Source: Anaerolineae bacterium
GTDB lineage: Bacteria; Chloroflexota; Anaerolineae; Aggregatilineales; UBA3940
Length of the DNA: 64,000 nt
NCBI GenBank assembly: GCA_034435375.1
Contig: DAOTXR010000048.1
Location: 272,984 to 336,983, forward strand
Direction: 5' to 3'
The translations under genes were made by a program, and so were the position numbers. Numbering within the stretch: the stretch's first letter is position 1; each line of letters starts with the position of its first letter. Positions 27,336 through 35,946 of the stretch are shown in pieces. Below the pieces are notes generated by a model. The model worked only from the letters and a program-made list of their open reading frames with translations, was not told the DNA's origin and did not search any database.

Positions 27336-28199
27336 GTGGACTCTGTCGAATTCTGGCCCTACCTGCTGATTCTGCCTGCCCTTGTGCTGGGGACGCTCTT
27401 GGCACATCTATGGCACGTGTGGCGTCAGCGCGCATTGCGAGGCCAAACCGACAGGACTCATGCTCTTGCCTCAAAACGCCACGAACTCCGGACAGGCGAA
27501 GCAGAACTGGTCAGCATCGAGTCACGCCTGATGATCCTGAATCAACAGATTGCTGCGGCGCGGCGCAATCTGGAAGAACAAGAGGCCGAATACAAACGCA
27601 TCCTGCTATCCCTTGACGAGCACCATGCCTCGCTCCAGAACGCTCACAGGGCTTTGCGCAACGTGCAGCAAAACCTGTCAAATGAACGGTCTAGGACCGA
27701 TACAATACTGACCGATATCGATGCCAGCATCGAAGAGCTTGACATGCTGACTCAGCTCAGCGAGACCTACAACACCAAGATCGCCCGTCTTACTCAGCAG
27801 GTTCAGTGGCAAGACGGCGAACTACAAATGCTACGTCAAGCAGTGAAGGCTAAGACCTCCGAGATCGACGAAGCTCGAGCCCTGATCGAACAGCGCGAGA
27901 CAGAACTCCGACGGCTTATTCGTCAGCGTCAACAGCGCGAAGCCGATATCGCAAGAGTCCGTCAGCAGATCATCCAGAGAAATGAGGAACTCCGCAGGCT
28001 GCTTGAATTTCAGGAGCAAGGTGGCCAGACTCTTGAAACCTCTCCCGCTTTTCTGGCGCGGAGCAGCCAAATTGACGTGACGCCTCCTCCGCGTCCCATG
28101 CTGCTCTCAGGGAATGCGATTGACATGGGCGGCAAAGCCGGCCCACTAGACCCCCAGGACGACATTAGTGATGACACCGTAGCGCTCGGTCCCAGTTGA
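27336..28199 (+). CDS. Membrane-anchored long coiled-coil protein, function unknown
   Basis: N-terminal TM FWPYLLILPALVLGTLLAHLW. About 200 aa of heptad-like Q/E/R/L-rich sequence (EAELVSIESRLMILNQQIAAARRNLEEQEAEYKRIL...RQRQQREADIARVRQQIIQRNEELRRLL). Pro/Asp-rich tail. GTG start. Confidence 0.7.
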   Translation: MDSVEFWPYLLILPALVLGTLLAHLWHVWRQRALRGQTDRTHALASKRHELRTGEAELVSIESRLMILNQQIAAARRNLEEQEAEYKRILLSLDEHHASLQNAHRALRNVQQNLSNERSRTDTILTDIDASIEELDMLTQLSETYNTKIARLTQQVQWQDGELQMLRQAVKAKTSEIDEARALIEQRETELRRLIRQRQQREADIARVRQQIIQRNEELRRLLEFQEQGGQTLETSPAFLARSSQIDVTPPPRPMLLSGNAIDMGGKAGPLDPQDDISDDTVALGPS

Positions 28200-28617
28200 T
28201 ATACCAGCCCATTCAGTTGTTCTTCGAAGACAAAGCCCACAGGCCTTCGACTGAGCTTCGTGGCAGCGCCCCGCCCTTAGAGGTATCTCATCGACTATAA
28301 TGGCCGGTAACTATGGCCGTTATAGGCCGCATAACTAGTCTACAATAAAAGAATGGGCTTGTCCATATTGCGGCCATTCCGGGAGTGATAACATGAAAAC
28401 GGCCTGAAGGCGGAAGCTCGATAGACTTTAGGAGAGAGCAACAAGCGAGACCCTGCAAGGACAGGCAGATTACACACTCTGGTACCCTCTGGGCAGGTGA
28501 ATAGCTATGGGTAAGGATGTGCTATACTAGTGTCTGGCGAATGCGTTTTCAGCAGACGCTAAGTAGTAACGTGCGCCTCTCTTTGATCGGGTCCTCTGGG
28601 CCACTAGGGAGCGTGTC

Positions 28618-29532
28618 ATGGCTGACCAGCCCGGCAAGCCCACAGTTCAAGATTCTCTTGACCTCGAAGCTGCGATAGACCGCGTTCGGGAAAGCCTGGC
28701 TGAAATGGACCAGGCGCTTGAGATCACTTTTCAGACATTTGCTGACAAGGGCATAAAGCCTACCTTTCATCTGCCCCATGCCCAGCTCAAGGTTCGTAAT
28801 CGCCTCTCTGACGCACGGCAGGCTGCCAGGAGGATCGCGGCCCAGCTCGAGCGGCTCAATGGTCTGATTCGCATCACGGCGCTGATTACTTCGACTTTGG
28901 AGACCAACCAGGTGTTGGAAGACGTGATGGACACTGTCATCACGCTGACAGGGGCTGAGAGAGCCTATCTGATGGTGTACAACGATGCCAGGCAATTGGA
29001 AATCCGCGCTGCGCGCAACTGGGATCAGGAGTCGTTGAGCGACTCGGATATAGGGCTGAGCAGAAGTGTGGTGAATGCTGTCATCGAAAGCGGTGAACCC
29101 ATCATCACCACCAATGCCCAGGCCGACGAGCGTTTCTCCGGGCAAGCGAGCATTGTTATGCAGAAGCTGCGCTCCATCGTCTGCGTTCCATTGACGCTGG
29201 CCGGGAAGGTTGTCGGCGTGTTGTATGCGGACAACCGTCTCCAGCAGGCAGTCTTCTCCCAGGACCTGATCCCTGTCCTGACGGCATTTGGCACCCAGGC
29301 GGCCATTGCCATCACCAACGCCCACATGTTCGGGCGGGTCAAAGAGGAGCTGGCTCACGCCCAACATGTGATCCAGCAGCTGCAGATCGAGATCGACAGA
29401 GAGCGAGTCGATGCCCAGGTCACGCAGATCACCGAGTCGGGCTATTTCCAAGAGTTGGCCGAAGCAGCCAAGGAGCTGCGTCGGCGACGCAAGAGCGAGC
29501 AACAACAGAGCAACCAACCACAGAACGAGTAA
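28618..29532 (+). CDS. GAF-domain protein flanked by coiled-coil segments, no output domain
   Basis: GAF core VLEDVMDTVITLTGAERAYLMVYN...EPIITTNAQADERFSGQASIVMQKLRSIVCVPLTLAGKVVGVLYADNR. Preferred over the fully overlapping antisense ORF 28549..29574. Confidence 0.82.
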   Translation: MADQPGKPTVQDSLDLEAAIDRVRESLAEMDQALEITFQTFADKGIKPTFHLPHAQLKVRNRLSDARQAARRIAAQLERLNGLIRITALITSTLETNQVLEDVMDTVITLTGAERAYLMVYNDARQLEIRAARNWDQESLSDSDIGLSRSVVNAVIESGEPIITTNAQADERFSGQASIVMQKLRSIVCVPLTLAGKVVGVLYADNRLQQAVFSQDLIPVLTAFGTQAAIAITNAHMFGRVKEELAHAQHVIQQLQIEIDRERVDAQVTQITESGYFQELAEAAKELRRRRKSEQQQSNQPQNE

Positions 29533-29662
29533 TCCCATGGCCTCCCCAGCACCGCCATCTCTGTACACGTACAACCCGCCATGTCTAGGAACGTATAGAT
29601 AGGTACAAAAGCTCGTCTCTCATCATTGTTTAGAATAGCGTAACACTTTAAAGGACAACACT

Positions 29663-30472
29663 ATGCGTAGAGATGGCATTTTCTGGGGAACGTTTCTTGT
29701 GCTCGTGGGAGGACTGTTCTTGCTCAACACCCTGGGGATTGTCAGAGCCAATGCCTGGGGGCTGATCTGGCCGCTGCTGCTGATCTTGGCCGGAGTGTGG
29801 ATCCTGATCGGTATCTCTGGCATGGCTGGCAAGGCCGAGGTGCAGACCGAGCAGGTGACTGTGCCACTTGATGGCGCTGAGACAGCTCATGTCACTCTCG
29901 TCCACAGTGTCGGGCCGGTTGTCATGGCTGGCGGCACAGAACCGGGGGTGTTGATCAGTGGGAGCTTTGGCGGAGGGTTGAAGTACCACGCTGAGCGCGA
30001 GGGCGCCACGCAGCACCTCAAGATGAAGATGCCAGACATGGGTTTTCCGGTTTTCTGGCCATGGGGGTCATGGGGCACTGGCCTGAAGTGGAACTTCCGG
30101 GTGAATCAGAACGTGCCGCTGTCACTGCGAGTCAAGGGAGGGGCAGGGCCTATCGATCTGGACATGCGTGATCTGCGCCTCACCAGCCTGAGGGTGGATG
30201 GCGGAATAGGCACCTCCACCATGACGATGCCCGCCCAGGCCGGCCACACGACCGTCGACCTTGATGCCGGAGTCGGCACAGTGACGATCCGTGTCCCGGA
30301 GGGTGTTGCGGCACGGATCCAGGCCACGCCTGGCCTGGGCACGCTGTCAGTCAACCAGAGCCGTTTCCCGCAGATGGGCCAGAACGTGCACCAGTCACCC
30401 GGCTACGAGACAGCGAAGAACAGGATCGAGCTTCGGATCAAAGGTGGAGTTGGCACTATCGCGGTAAGCTAG
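29663..30472 (+). CDS. LiaF-like membrane protein (two-TM N-terminal region plus beta-rich toast-rack-type C-terminal domain)
   Basis: FWGTFLVLVGGLFLLNTLGI and WGLIWPLLLILAGVWILIGI TM pair. C-terminal repetitive VKGGAGPIDLDM..LRVDGGIGTSTMTMP..VDLDAGVGTVTIRVPEG..ELRIKGGVGTIAV. Confidence 0.7.
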   Translation: MRRDGIFWGTFLVLVGGLFLLNTLGIVRANAWGLIWPLLLILAGVWILIGISGMAGKAEVQTEQVTVPLDGAETAHVTLVHSVGPVVMAGGTEPGVLISGSFGGGLKYHAEREGATQHLKMKMPDMGFPVFWPWGSWGTGLKWNFRVNQNVPLSLRVKGGAGPIDLDMRDLRLTSLRVDGGIGTSTMTMPAQAGHTTVDLDAGVGTVTIRVPEGVAARIQATPGLGTLSVNQSRFPQMGQNVHQSPGYETAKNRIELRIKGGVGTIAVS

Positions 30473-30497
30473 CAACGCTGTCATGGGCACCATCGGG

Positions 30498-30534
30498 CCG
30501 GGATCGACAGAGGTCGATTCCGGTCTGCTTCCTT
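30498..30534 (+). terminator. Probable intrinsic terminator after the LiaF-like gene
   Basis: CCGGGATCGAC-AGAG-GTCGATTCCGG (10 of 11 bp pair) followed by TCTGCTTCCTT. Confidence 0.5.
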
Positions 30535-30684
30535 AGCAAGGGGTGGCCTCGAGTCGTCATGAGCTGGCCGAATGGCCCTTTCGGCAGTCGGACCTATCTG
30601 GTTTCCCGCTGGTTTTTCCCGCACCACAAACGTATACTGGAGACAACCTACACGACCGCAGGGATTCTGAGGAGCCAGATACCT

Positions 30685-31638
30685 ATGGGTACGCGAGTGA
30701 GCTTTGAAGCAGCCTATCTCAAGCTACTCGCTGAGGGCGAACTCGACAGACGGGCTGAGCAGGCTCTGGAACACCTCAGGGCGTGCGATCTCTGCGCATG
30801 GCATTGCAAGATCGACCGCAGCATCGGGCGGTTGGGGATCTGCAAAACTTCGCGTCGGGCGAAGGTTTCGTCGTTCTTCCCACACATGGGAGAAGAGAGT
30901 CCTCTCACCGGCACACGCGGTTCTGGCACGATCTTCTTTGCGCACTGCAATATGCGCTGTCAGTTCTGCCAGAACTACGAACTCAGCGCCCTGGGCGAAG
31001 GCAGCATCTGTGACGCATCGGATATGGCTAACATGATGCTCGCCTTACAGCACATGGGCTGTCATAACATCAATCTGGTCTCGCCCTCGCACGTCGTTGC
31101 ACAGTTCCTCGAGGCGCTGGCTATCGCCGCCAAGAAGGGATTGAACCTGCCCATTGTCTACAACACTGGCGGTTACGACTCGCTGGAGGCATTGCAGATA
31201 CTTGATGGCGTCATTGATATCTACATGCCCGATATGAAGTATAGCAACGCTGCTATAGCCCGAAAGTACAGCCAGATCAAAGATTACCCTATCCACAACC
31301 AGATCGCTGTGCGCGAGATGCACCGTCAGGTGGGTGACTTGGTGATAGACGAACGAGGCATTGCACAACGTGGGCTGCTGGTGCGGCACCTCGTCCTGCC
31401 AGGCGGGCTAGCTGGCACACGCGAGATCATGCGCTTTCTGGCCGAAGAAATTTCACGCGATACGTACATCAACATCATGGGGCAATATCGCCCAGAGTAC
31501 AAGGCCCGTGTCGAGGACATGGGGCCGCTCAGCCGGAGGGTGACTGTCGAGGAGATCGCCGAAGCTTACGACATGGCACGTGCCGTGGGCTTGCATCGCT
31601 TTGACGAGCGCCCCAGGTCCCACTGGATCGTGTTCTAG
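30685..31638 (+). CDS. Radical SAM protein, PflX-like (pyruvate formate-lyase activase homologue family)
   Basis: CX3CX2C cluster FFAHCNMRCQFCQNYELS. N-terminal AYLKLLAEGELDRRAEQALEHLRACDLCAWHCKIDR..GICK typical of this family. ATG 30685 lies 10 nt after GAGGAG (track start 30559). Confidence 0.85.
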   Translation: MGTRVSFEAAYLKLLAEGELDRRAEQALEHLRACDLCAWHCKIDRSIGRLGICKTSRRAKVSSFFPHMGEESPLTGTRGSGTIFFAHCNMRCQFCQNYELSALGEGSICDASDMANMMLALQHMGCHNINLVSPSHVVAQFLEALAIAAKKGLNLPIVYNTGGYDSLEALQILDGVIDIYMPDMKYSNAAIARKYSQIKDYPIHNQIAVREMHRQVGDLVIDERGIAQRGLLVRHLVLPGGLAGTREIMRFLAEEISRDTYINIMGQYRPEYKARVEDMGPLSRRVTVEEIAEAYDMARAVGLHRFDERPRSHWIVF

Positions 31639-32528
31639 GGGGTTACCTCCAGTTCTGCCTGGAGGTTGCCTTCGGCGTCGAGAAGCTGCACGGTGTCGCC
31701 TGGCTCCCACACTGCTGTACCCAGTCCCCAGTAAAGGTCAAGGGCAGTGTCCTCTCCAACGCCCGAATGAACTACCACAGCGCCTTGGGGAAACAGATTG
31801 AACTGTGGGAAGACATATCGCATGCCTTGACCATTGGTCAGTGTCCAGCCTTCGAGCCGCGCCACTGACGATCCCTCGTTGATGATCTCGACCGACTCAG
31901 TGGTCACGTCGCCTGGGTCAAGCACCCGTGCGATCCGGACCCTTACCACGCCAGGCGGCAAGGGAGTGGCCGTGGCAATCGGGGTGGGGATATTTCGGGT
32001 GGGGACCAGTGTAGGAGTGGGTGACAGGGTGGATGTCGGTGTGGGGATGCCGCACACCGGAATCACGACCTGCTGGCCAACAGACAGAAGGTCAGAGTTG
32101 AAGTTTGGATCGAGCAAGCGATTGATCGCTGCTACATCGTCTACGGATACACCGTAGGCTGTCGCAATGGCACCCAGTGTCTCTCCACTCTGCACCACGT
32201 GTACAGGGTTCTCACAGGGTGACAAGCCTTCCGTGCTATCGGAGGGTGTCACCTCGCTGTCTGCCGAGACTTCAGCCGAGCCTGCCCCAGCACCGACAGG
32301 CTGCGCCATCCGTGGGGGAATCAACGCAGTGCTGCTGTAGGTGGGCAGCATGATATACTCCGGTCCCTGTTGTCGATCCCAGAAGTACAACACCAGCAGT
32401 GTAACCAGCAACGACACGATCGCCGGAACGACGATCAGCGTGAGAACAGTGCGCCGTCGAAACATGCTCTTCCCTGCCCTTGTGTGCCAAGTCGATACCA
32501 GCGCCGGCCCACTTTGGCTGGCTGCCAC
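31635..32528 (-). CDS. Membrane-anchored LysM + lamin-tail-domain (LTD) protein
   Basis: TM VLTLIVVPAIVSLLVTLLVLYFW. LysM HVVQSGETLGAIATAYGVSVDDVAAINRL..LSVGQQVVIP. LTD-like ESVEIINEGSSVARLEGWTLTNGQGMRYVFPQFNLFPQGAVVVHSG. Confidence 0.8.
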   Translation of the reverse strand: MAASQSGPALVSTWHTRAGKSMFRRRTVLTLIVVPAIVSLLVTLLVLYFWDRQQGPEYIMLPTYSSTALIPPRMAQPVGAGAGSAEVSADSEVTPSDSTEGLSPCENPVHVVQSGETLGAIATAYGVSVDDVAAINRLLDPNFNSDLLSVGQQVVIPVCGIPTPTSTLSPTPTLVPTRNIPTPIATATPLPPGVVRVRIARVLDPGDVTTESVEIINEGSSVARLEGWTLTNGQGMRYVFPQFNLFPQGAVVVHSGVGEDTALDLYWGLGTAVWEPGDTVQLLDAEGNLQAELEVTP

Positions 32529-33174
32529 CTTGGGTTATCGTAGCACATCATCTTTGAATTGACTATGTGTCCGGGTGAGGTTATCTCCAGCCGAGGGCGG
32601 GCGTAGAGAGGATCGCAGCATGAACAAGGACATACCTATGTCAGCACACCCTCTGCTGGAGACTTTAACCTGTGTAGCGGAGCGATCGAATTGCATAGGT
32701 CGTTAGGGCAGGATAACCTGACAGCACACAAGGGGTCAGAGCCGCTTATTGCACAAGGTTATCGGTTAGCGCCACACGACTCTCGGATGATGAGTTCAAT
32801 GGGCAGCAGAACTGACGCTGGTGGGCGCTCCGGGAAATCGCGCTGCGAGATCACAAACTGCATCGCTGCGCGGCAGCAGCTCAATTAAAGATCACGGCTG
32901 ACAGTTTCAAAGTGGAATCCTCCATGTAGACCACGTTATCCATCCGCTCGACCATTCAAGCCACGCGATTTCCAGAGGTTTGTCCAAATTGGAGAGTGTC
33001 TAACAGAGTGGATATGGAGGGCTAAAATCGCCTGACCCGTTAACACCATGACTACCCTTTTGAGCACTCCCCAAATTGGCCGCCTTGTTCAGGTTTTCGC
33101 TTTATGATAGACTGGCTGTACTCATGGGGGGATAGGACAAGCTGAACTAGGTCCAATGAGAGAGGGGTGTTATC

Positions 33175-33822
33175 ATGGCAGGTGTCAGCCATTACGTCAA
33201 GCAGGAGATGATCCGTCTCAAGGAAGAGAATGAGGCGCTACGCGAAGAAGTCATAACTCTGCGCCAATACATCGACTCGATCCAGGCACTGATGGAAGCC
33301 GTTGAGCAGCTCAGTCCCAGCGCTGAGATCATGCCTATGCTGGATCGGATTCTGTTCAACGCTCTGACTGTCATCAATGCGCAGGAAGGCTCGCTGCTCG
33401 TGCTGGACGAGGAAAAGGATGAACTGGTGTTTGTTCTGGTTCGGGGGAGCGTCGAGCAGCAGCTCAGGGGGCGGCGGATGCCGGCCAGCAAGGGAATCGC
33501 GGGCTGGATCGTCAAAAACAGGAAACCAACCATCGTCAACAATGCTTCTGCCGACGACCGATTCTATGCTGGGATTGACCGGGCCCTGAATTTCGAGACC
33601 AGGTCCATTCTCGGCGCGCCTATCATGGGCGGAGGTCGTGTTCTCGGCGTTATCGAAGTAGTGAACAAACGCAACGGTCTTCCCTTTAACGAGACCGACC
33701 AGTCGTTGTTGACGTTGCTGTGCCGCGTCGCAGGTGAGATCCTGTACGTCATGCTCCAGCAAGATGAGCGGGAGGCAGCAGGCAAGGAGAGCCCTGCCCC
33801 AGCTCAGACGCCACCGGCCTAG
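33175..33822 (+). CDS. Coiled-coil + GAF-domain protein, no output domain
   Basis: N-terminal heptads EMIRLKEENEALREEVITLRQYIDSIQALMEAVEQL. GAF core GSLLVLDEEKDELVFVLVRG..GIAGWIVKNRKPTIVNNASADDRFY..TRSILGAPIMGGGRVLGVIEVVNK. Confidence 0.82.
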   Translation: MAGVSHYVKQEMIRLKEENEALREEVITLRQYIDSIQALMEAVEQLSPSAEIMPMLDRILFNALTVINAQEGSLLVLDEEKDELVFVLVRGSVEQQLRGRRMPASKGIAGWIVKNRKPTIVNNASADDRFYAGIDRALNFETRSILGAPIMGGGRVLGVIEVVNKRNGLPFNETDQSLLTLLCRVAGEILYVMLQQDEREAAGKESPAPAQTPPA

Positions 33823-33919
33823 AACACCTGGCCCGATGCACTTAAGTGTCCGATCGGTAGCATCTTGGTCAGACCCTTAAGGATCAGCATCTGGTTGGAC
33901 CAGAGATCGCACATTGTAG

Positions 33920-33942
33920 AGGGGCAGAGCTTGCCCCTTTTC
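33920..33942 (+). terminator. Intrinsic terminator
   Basis: AGGGGCA-GAGCT-TGCCCCT stem-loop followed by TTTT. Confidence 0.55.
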
Positions 33943-33979
33943 CCCATAAGTCAAATCATACCGTCTCCAGGAGCCAGGG

Positions 33980-35050
33980 ATGCAGTTTGATGTGGCTATA
34001 GTGGGGTTCGGTCATGTCGGGCGGGCGCTGGCCGAGCTGATCATTGCCAAGACAGATACATTGGCACGTGACTACGGCCTCAACTTGCGGGTCATCGGGA
34101 TCAGCACATCCCACCACGGCCACGTGATAGACACGGGGGGTATCCATCTGCGCACCGCGCTGGATGCTCTACGCTACAATGCCCAGCTTGAGGGCTTGCA
34201 TCACGGCCTGCCAGTACACAGCACGGAGCAGTTCATTGCCGAATGCCCTGCTGACTTGATCTTTGAGTGTATCCCTACCAACCCTTACGATGGTCAGCCT
34301 GCGTTGGGCTTGGCCCATCGTATTCTGGACAAGGGCATGCATCTGGTCACGGCTAATAAAGGTCCGGTGGCGTTTGGCTACCGCGAGCTTAGTGCCCTGG
34401 CCATGCAACGAGGCGTCGGCTTCTTTTGTGAGTCGACGGTGATGGATGGGGCTCCCGTGCTGGGTATCGCGCGTGAAGGACTGCCCGGTGTGCAGGTCAA
34501 CCGTATTCGGGGCATCTTAAACAGCACCACCAACTACATTCTGACGCTTATGGAGCAGAAGGGGCTGAAATTCGACCAAGCTCTCCGATCCGCACAGGCA
34601 ATTGGCATTGCTGAGGCCGATCCATCGCTGGACATTGACGGCTGGGATGCAGCTATCAAGACCATCATCCTGGCCAACATTATGATGGGTTCTGACCTGC
34701 GTCCGCTAGATGTGGATCGTCAGGGCATTCGCGAGGTGACACTGGACGCTGTGCAGGCTGCTGCGGCAGCAGGCCAACGCATCCGGCTGATATGCGAAGC
34801 CGTCCGTGAGGCCGATGGCAGGGTCTCGGCGCGTGTCAGCCCGCAATGGTTATCTATGGGAAATGCGCTGGCAGGCGTCAGCGGGACATCCAGTATCGTC
34901 GAGATCGAGACTGACGTACTGCCCCGTCTTGTGCTGATCGAGCATGATCCCGGTCCTGTTACGACAGCCTACGGGATGCTAGCAGACATGATCAACATCG
35001 TGCGCGGACGCCATTTGGCCGGGTTCGTCCGGCTGCCGGAGGTCTCGTGA
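33980..35050 (+). CDS. hom: Homoserine dehydrogenase (short form, no ACT domain)
   Basis: Rossmann VAIVGFGHVGRALAELI, TANKGPVA, and catalytic-domain pattern ESTVMDGAPV...ILNSTTNYIL...EADPSLDIDGWDAAIK. Confidence 0.85.
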   Translation: MQFDVAIVGFGHVGRALAELIIAKTDTLARDYGLNLRVIGISTSHHGHVIDTGGIHLRTALDALRYNAQLEGLHHGLPVHSTEQFIAECPADLIFECIPTNPYDGQPALGLAHRILDKGMHLVTANKGPVAFGYRELSALAMQRGVGFFCESTVMDGAPVLGIAREGLPGVQVNRIRGILNSTTNYILTLMEQKGLKFDQALRSAQAIGIAEADPSLDIDGWDAAIKTIILANIMMGSDLRPLDVDRQGIREVTLDAVQAAAAAGQRIRLICEAVREADGRVSARVSPQWLSMGNALAGVSGTSSIVEIETDVLPRLVLIEHDPGPVTTAYGMLADMINIVRGRHLAGFVRLPEVS

Positions 35051-35149
35051 GCTGCCTAGGGCAGTTGCATGGCATATCAAGCGGTGCTATAGTGCTCTGG
35101 TGAACATGACTGGTTTTGCTTGCCAACACAGCCACCGGAGGCTTATGAA

Positions 35150-35866
35150 ATGAGGACTGACGCACATCGTGCGCTACTGGGGATTGCGGGCGCCATGGTG
35201 ATTGCCATGTTCATGTCTGGCTGTACATTGACCGGAGCCAATGCCGCGCCGCTGACGCCCGTTGTCACCTACGATATGACAGCCTCTGGCGGCGGTCAGG
35301 GGCAGCAGCTCCCCACGCCGACCGAGATGCCCCTCATTGACGTGTTTGGTACGCAGACCGCCATGGCTCCGACACCCACCGTGGCGCTGCCGACGGTCGA
35401 GGTCACTGATAGCCTGACACCGGGTGTGTTAGTTGAGGGTACACCGGGCGTTGTCGGTGAGGGCACTCCCATGCCCCTTGAGACCCCGTCTGCCGGAGAG
35501 ACTCCCAGTGTAGGTACTCCTGGAGCCTGCCCTGCCACCCATACTGTCCAGGCAGGTGAGAACCTGTTCCGCATCGCCATGCAATATGGATTGACCTACC
35601 AGGCATTGGCAGCAGCCAATGGCATCACCAACCCGGATGCCATCCAGGTAGGAATGGTGCTCAGCATTCCAGGTTGCAGCGGAACGGCAGCCACCTCCGG
35701 CGGAACTGGCACAGGTGACATCCTGTATACCATCCAGGCAGGTGATAACCTGTTCCGCATTGCTCTACGGTATGGGCTGGACTGGCGAGAGCTGGCCACC
35801 TACAACGGTATCAGCAACGCGGACGTTATCGAAGTCGGGCAGGTGATTCGAATCCCGCAGCGGTAA
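35150..35866 (+). CDS. Lipoprotein with two C-terminal LysM domains
   Basis: Lipobox AMVIAMFMSGC. LysM1 HTVQAGENLFRIAMQYGLTYQALAAANGITNPDAIQVGMVLSIP. LysM2 YTIQAGDNLFRIALRYGLDWRELATYNGISNADVIEVGQVIRIP. ATG 35150 follows a GGAGG Shine-Dalgarno (track start 35120). Confidence 0.85.
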   Translation: MRTDAHRALLGIAGAMVIAMFMSGCTLTGANAAPLTPVVTYDMTASGGGQGQQLPTPTEMPLIDVFGTQTAMAPTPTVALPTVEVTDSLTPGVLVEGTPGVVGEGTPMPLETPSAGETPSVGTPGACPATHTVQAGENLFRIAMQYGLTYQALAAANGITNPDAIQVGMVLSIPGCSGTAATSGGTGTGDILYTIQAGDNLFRIALRYGLDWRELATYNGISNADVIEVGQVIRIPQR

Positions 35867-35886
35867 TCATGGAATCTGTAGAGGCG

Positions 35887-35921
35887 AGGCTATTGGCCAT
35901 GGGCCAATAGCCTTTTCGTTT
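35887..35921 (+). terminator. Strong intrinsic terminator
   Basis: Perfect 12-bp stem AGGCTATTGGCC / GGCCAATAGCCT with a 3-nt loop, followed by TTTTCGTTT. Confidence 0.8.
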
Positions 35922-35946
35922 GACTAGGGTCATAGGAGAGGGCAGC

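Noticed and set aside
28549-29574. 341-aa minus-strand ORF completely covering the 304-aa plus-strand ORF
   Set aside because: The plus-strand product has a clear GAF domain and coiled coils. The minus-strand product has no recognisable domain. Only one of the two can be real, and the GAF reading is supported.
32988-33003. 16-nt identity ATTGGAGAGTGTCTAA shared with 63659..63674, at the point where the IS-like ORF loses similarity
   Set aside because: One 16-mer match is about what chance predicts for all-against-all comparison of 64 kb on both strands. The flanking sequences do not align.
32529-33174. TTATC-containing motifs as DnaA boxes, i.e. a replication origin
   Set aside because: None matches TTATCCACA well (best is TTATCCATC, 7 of 9). 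There is no clear AT-rich unwinding element and no dnaA or dnaN nearby. The best DnaA-box-like 9-mer in the window (TTATCCACT at about 3627) is inside coding sequence.
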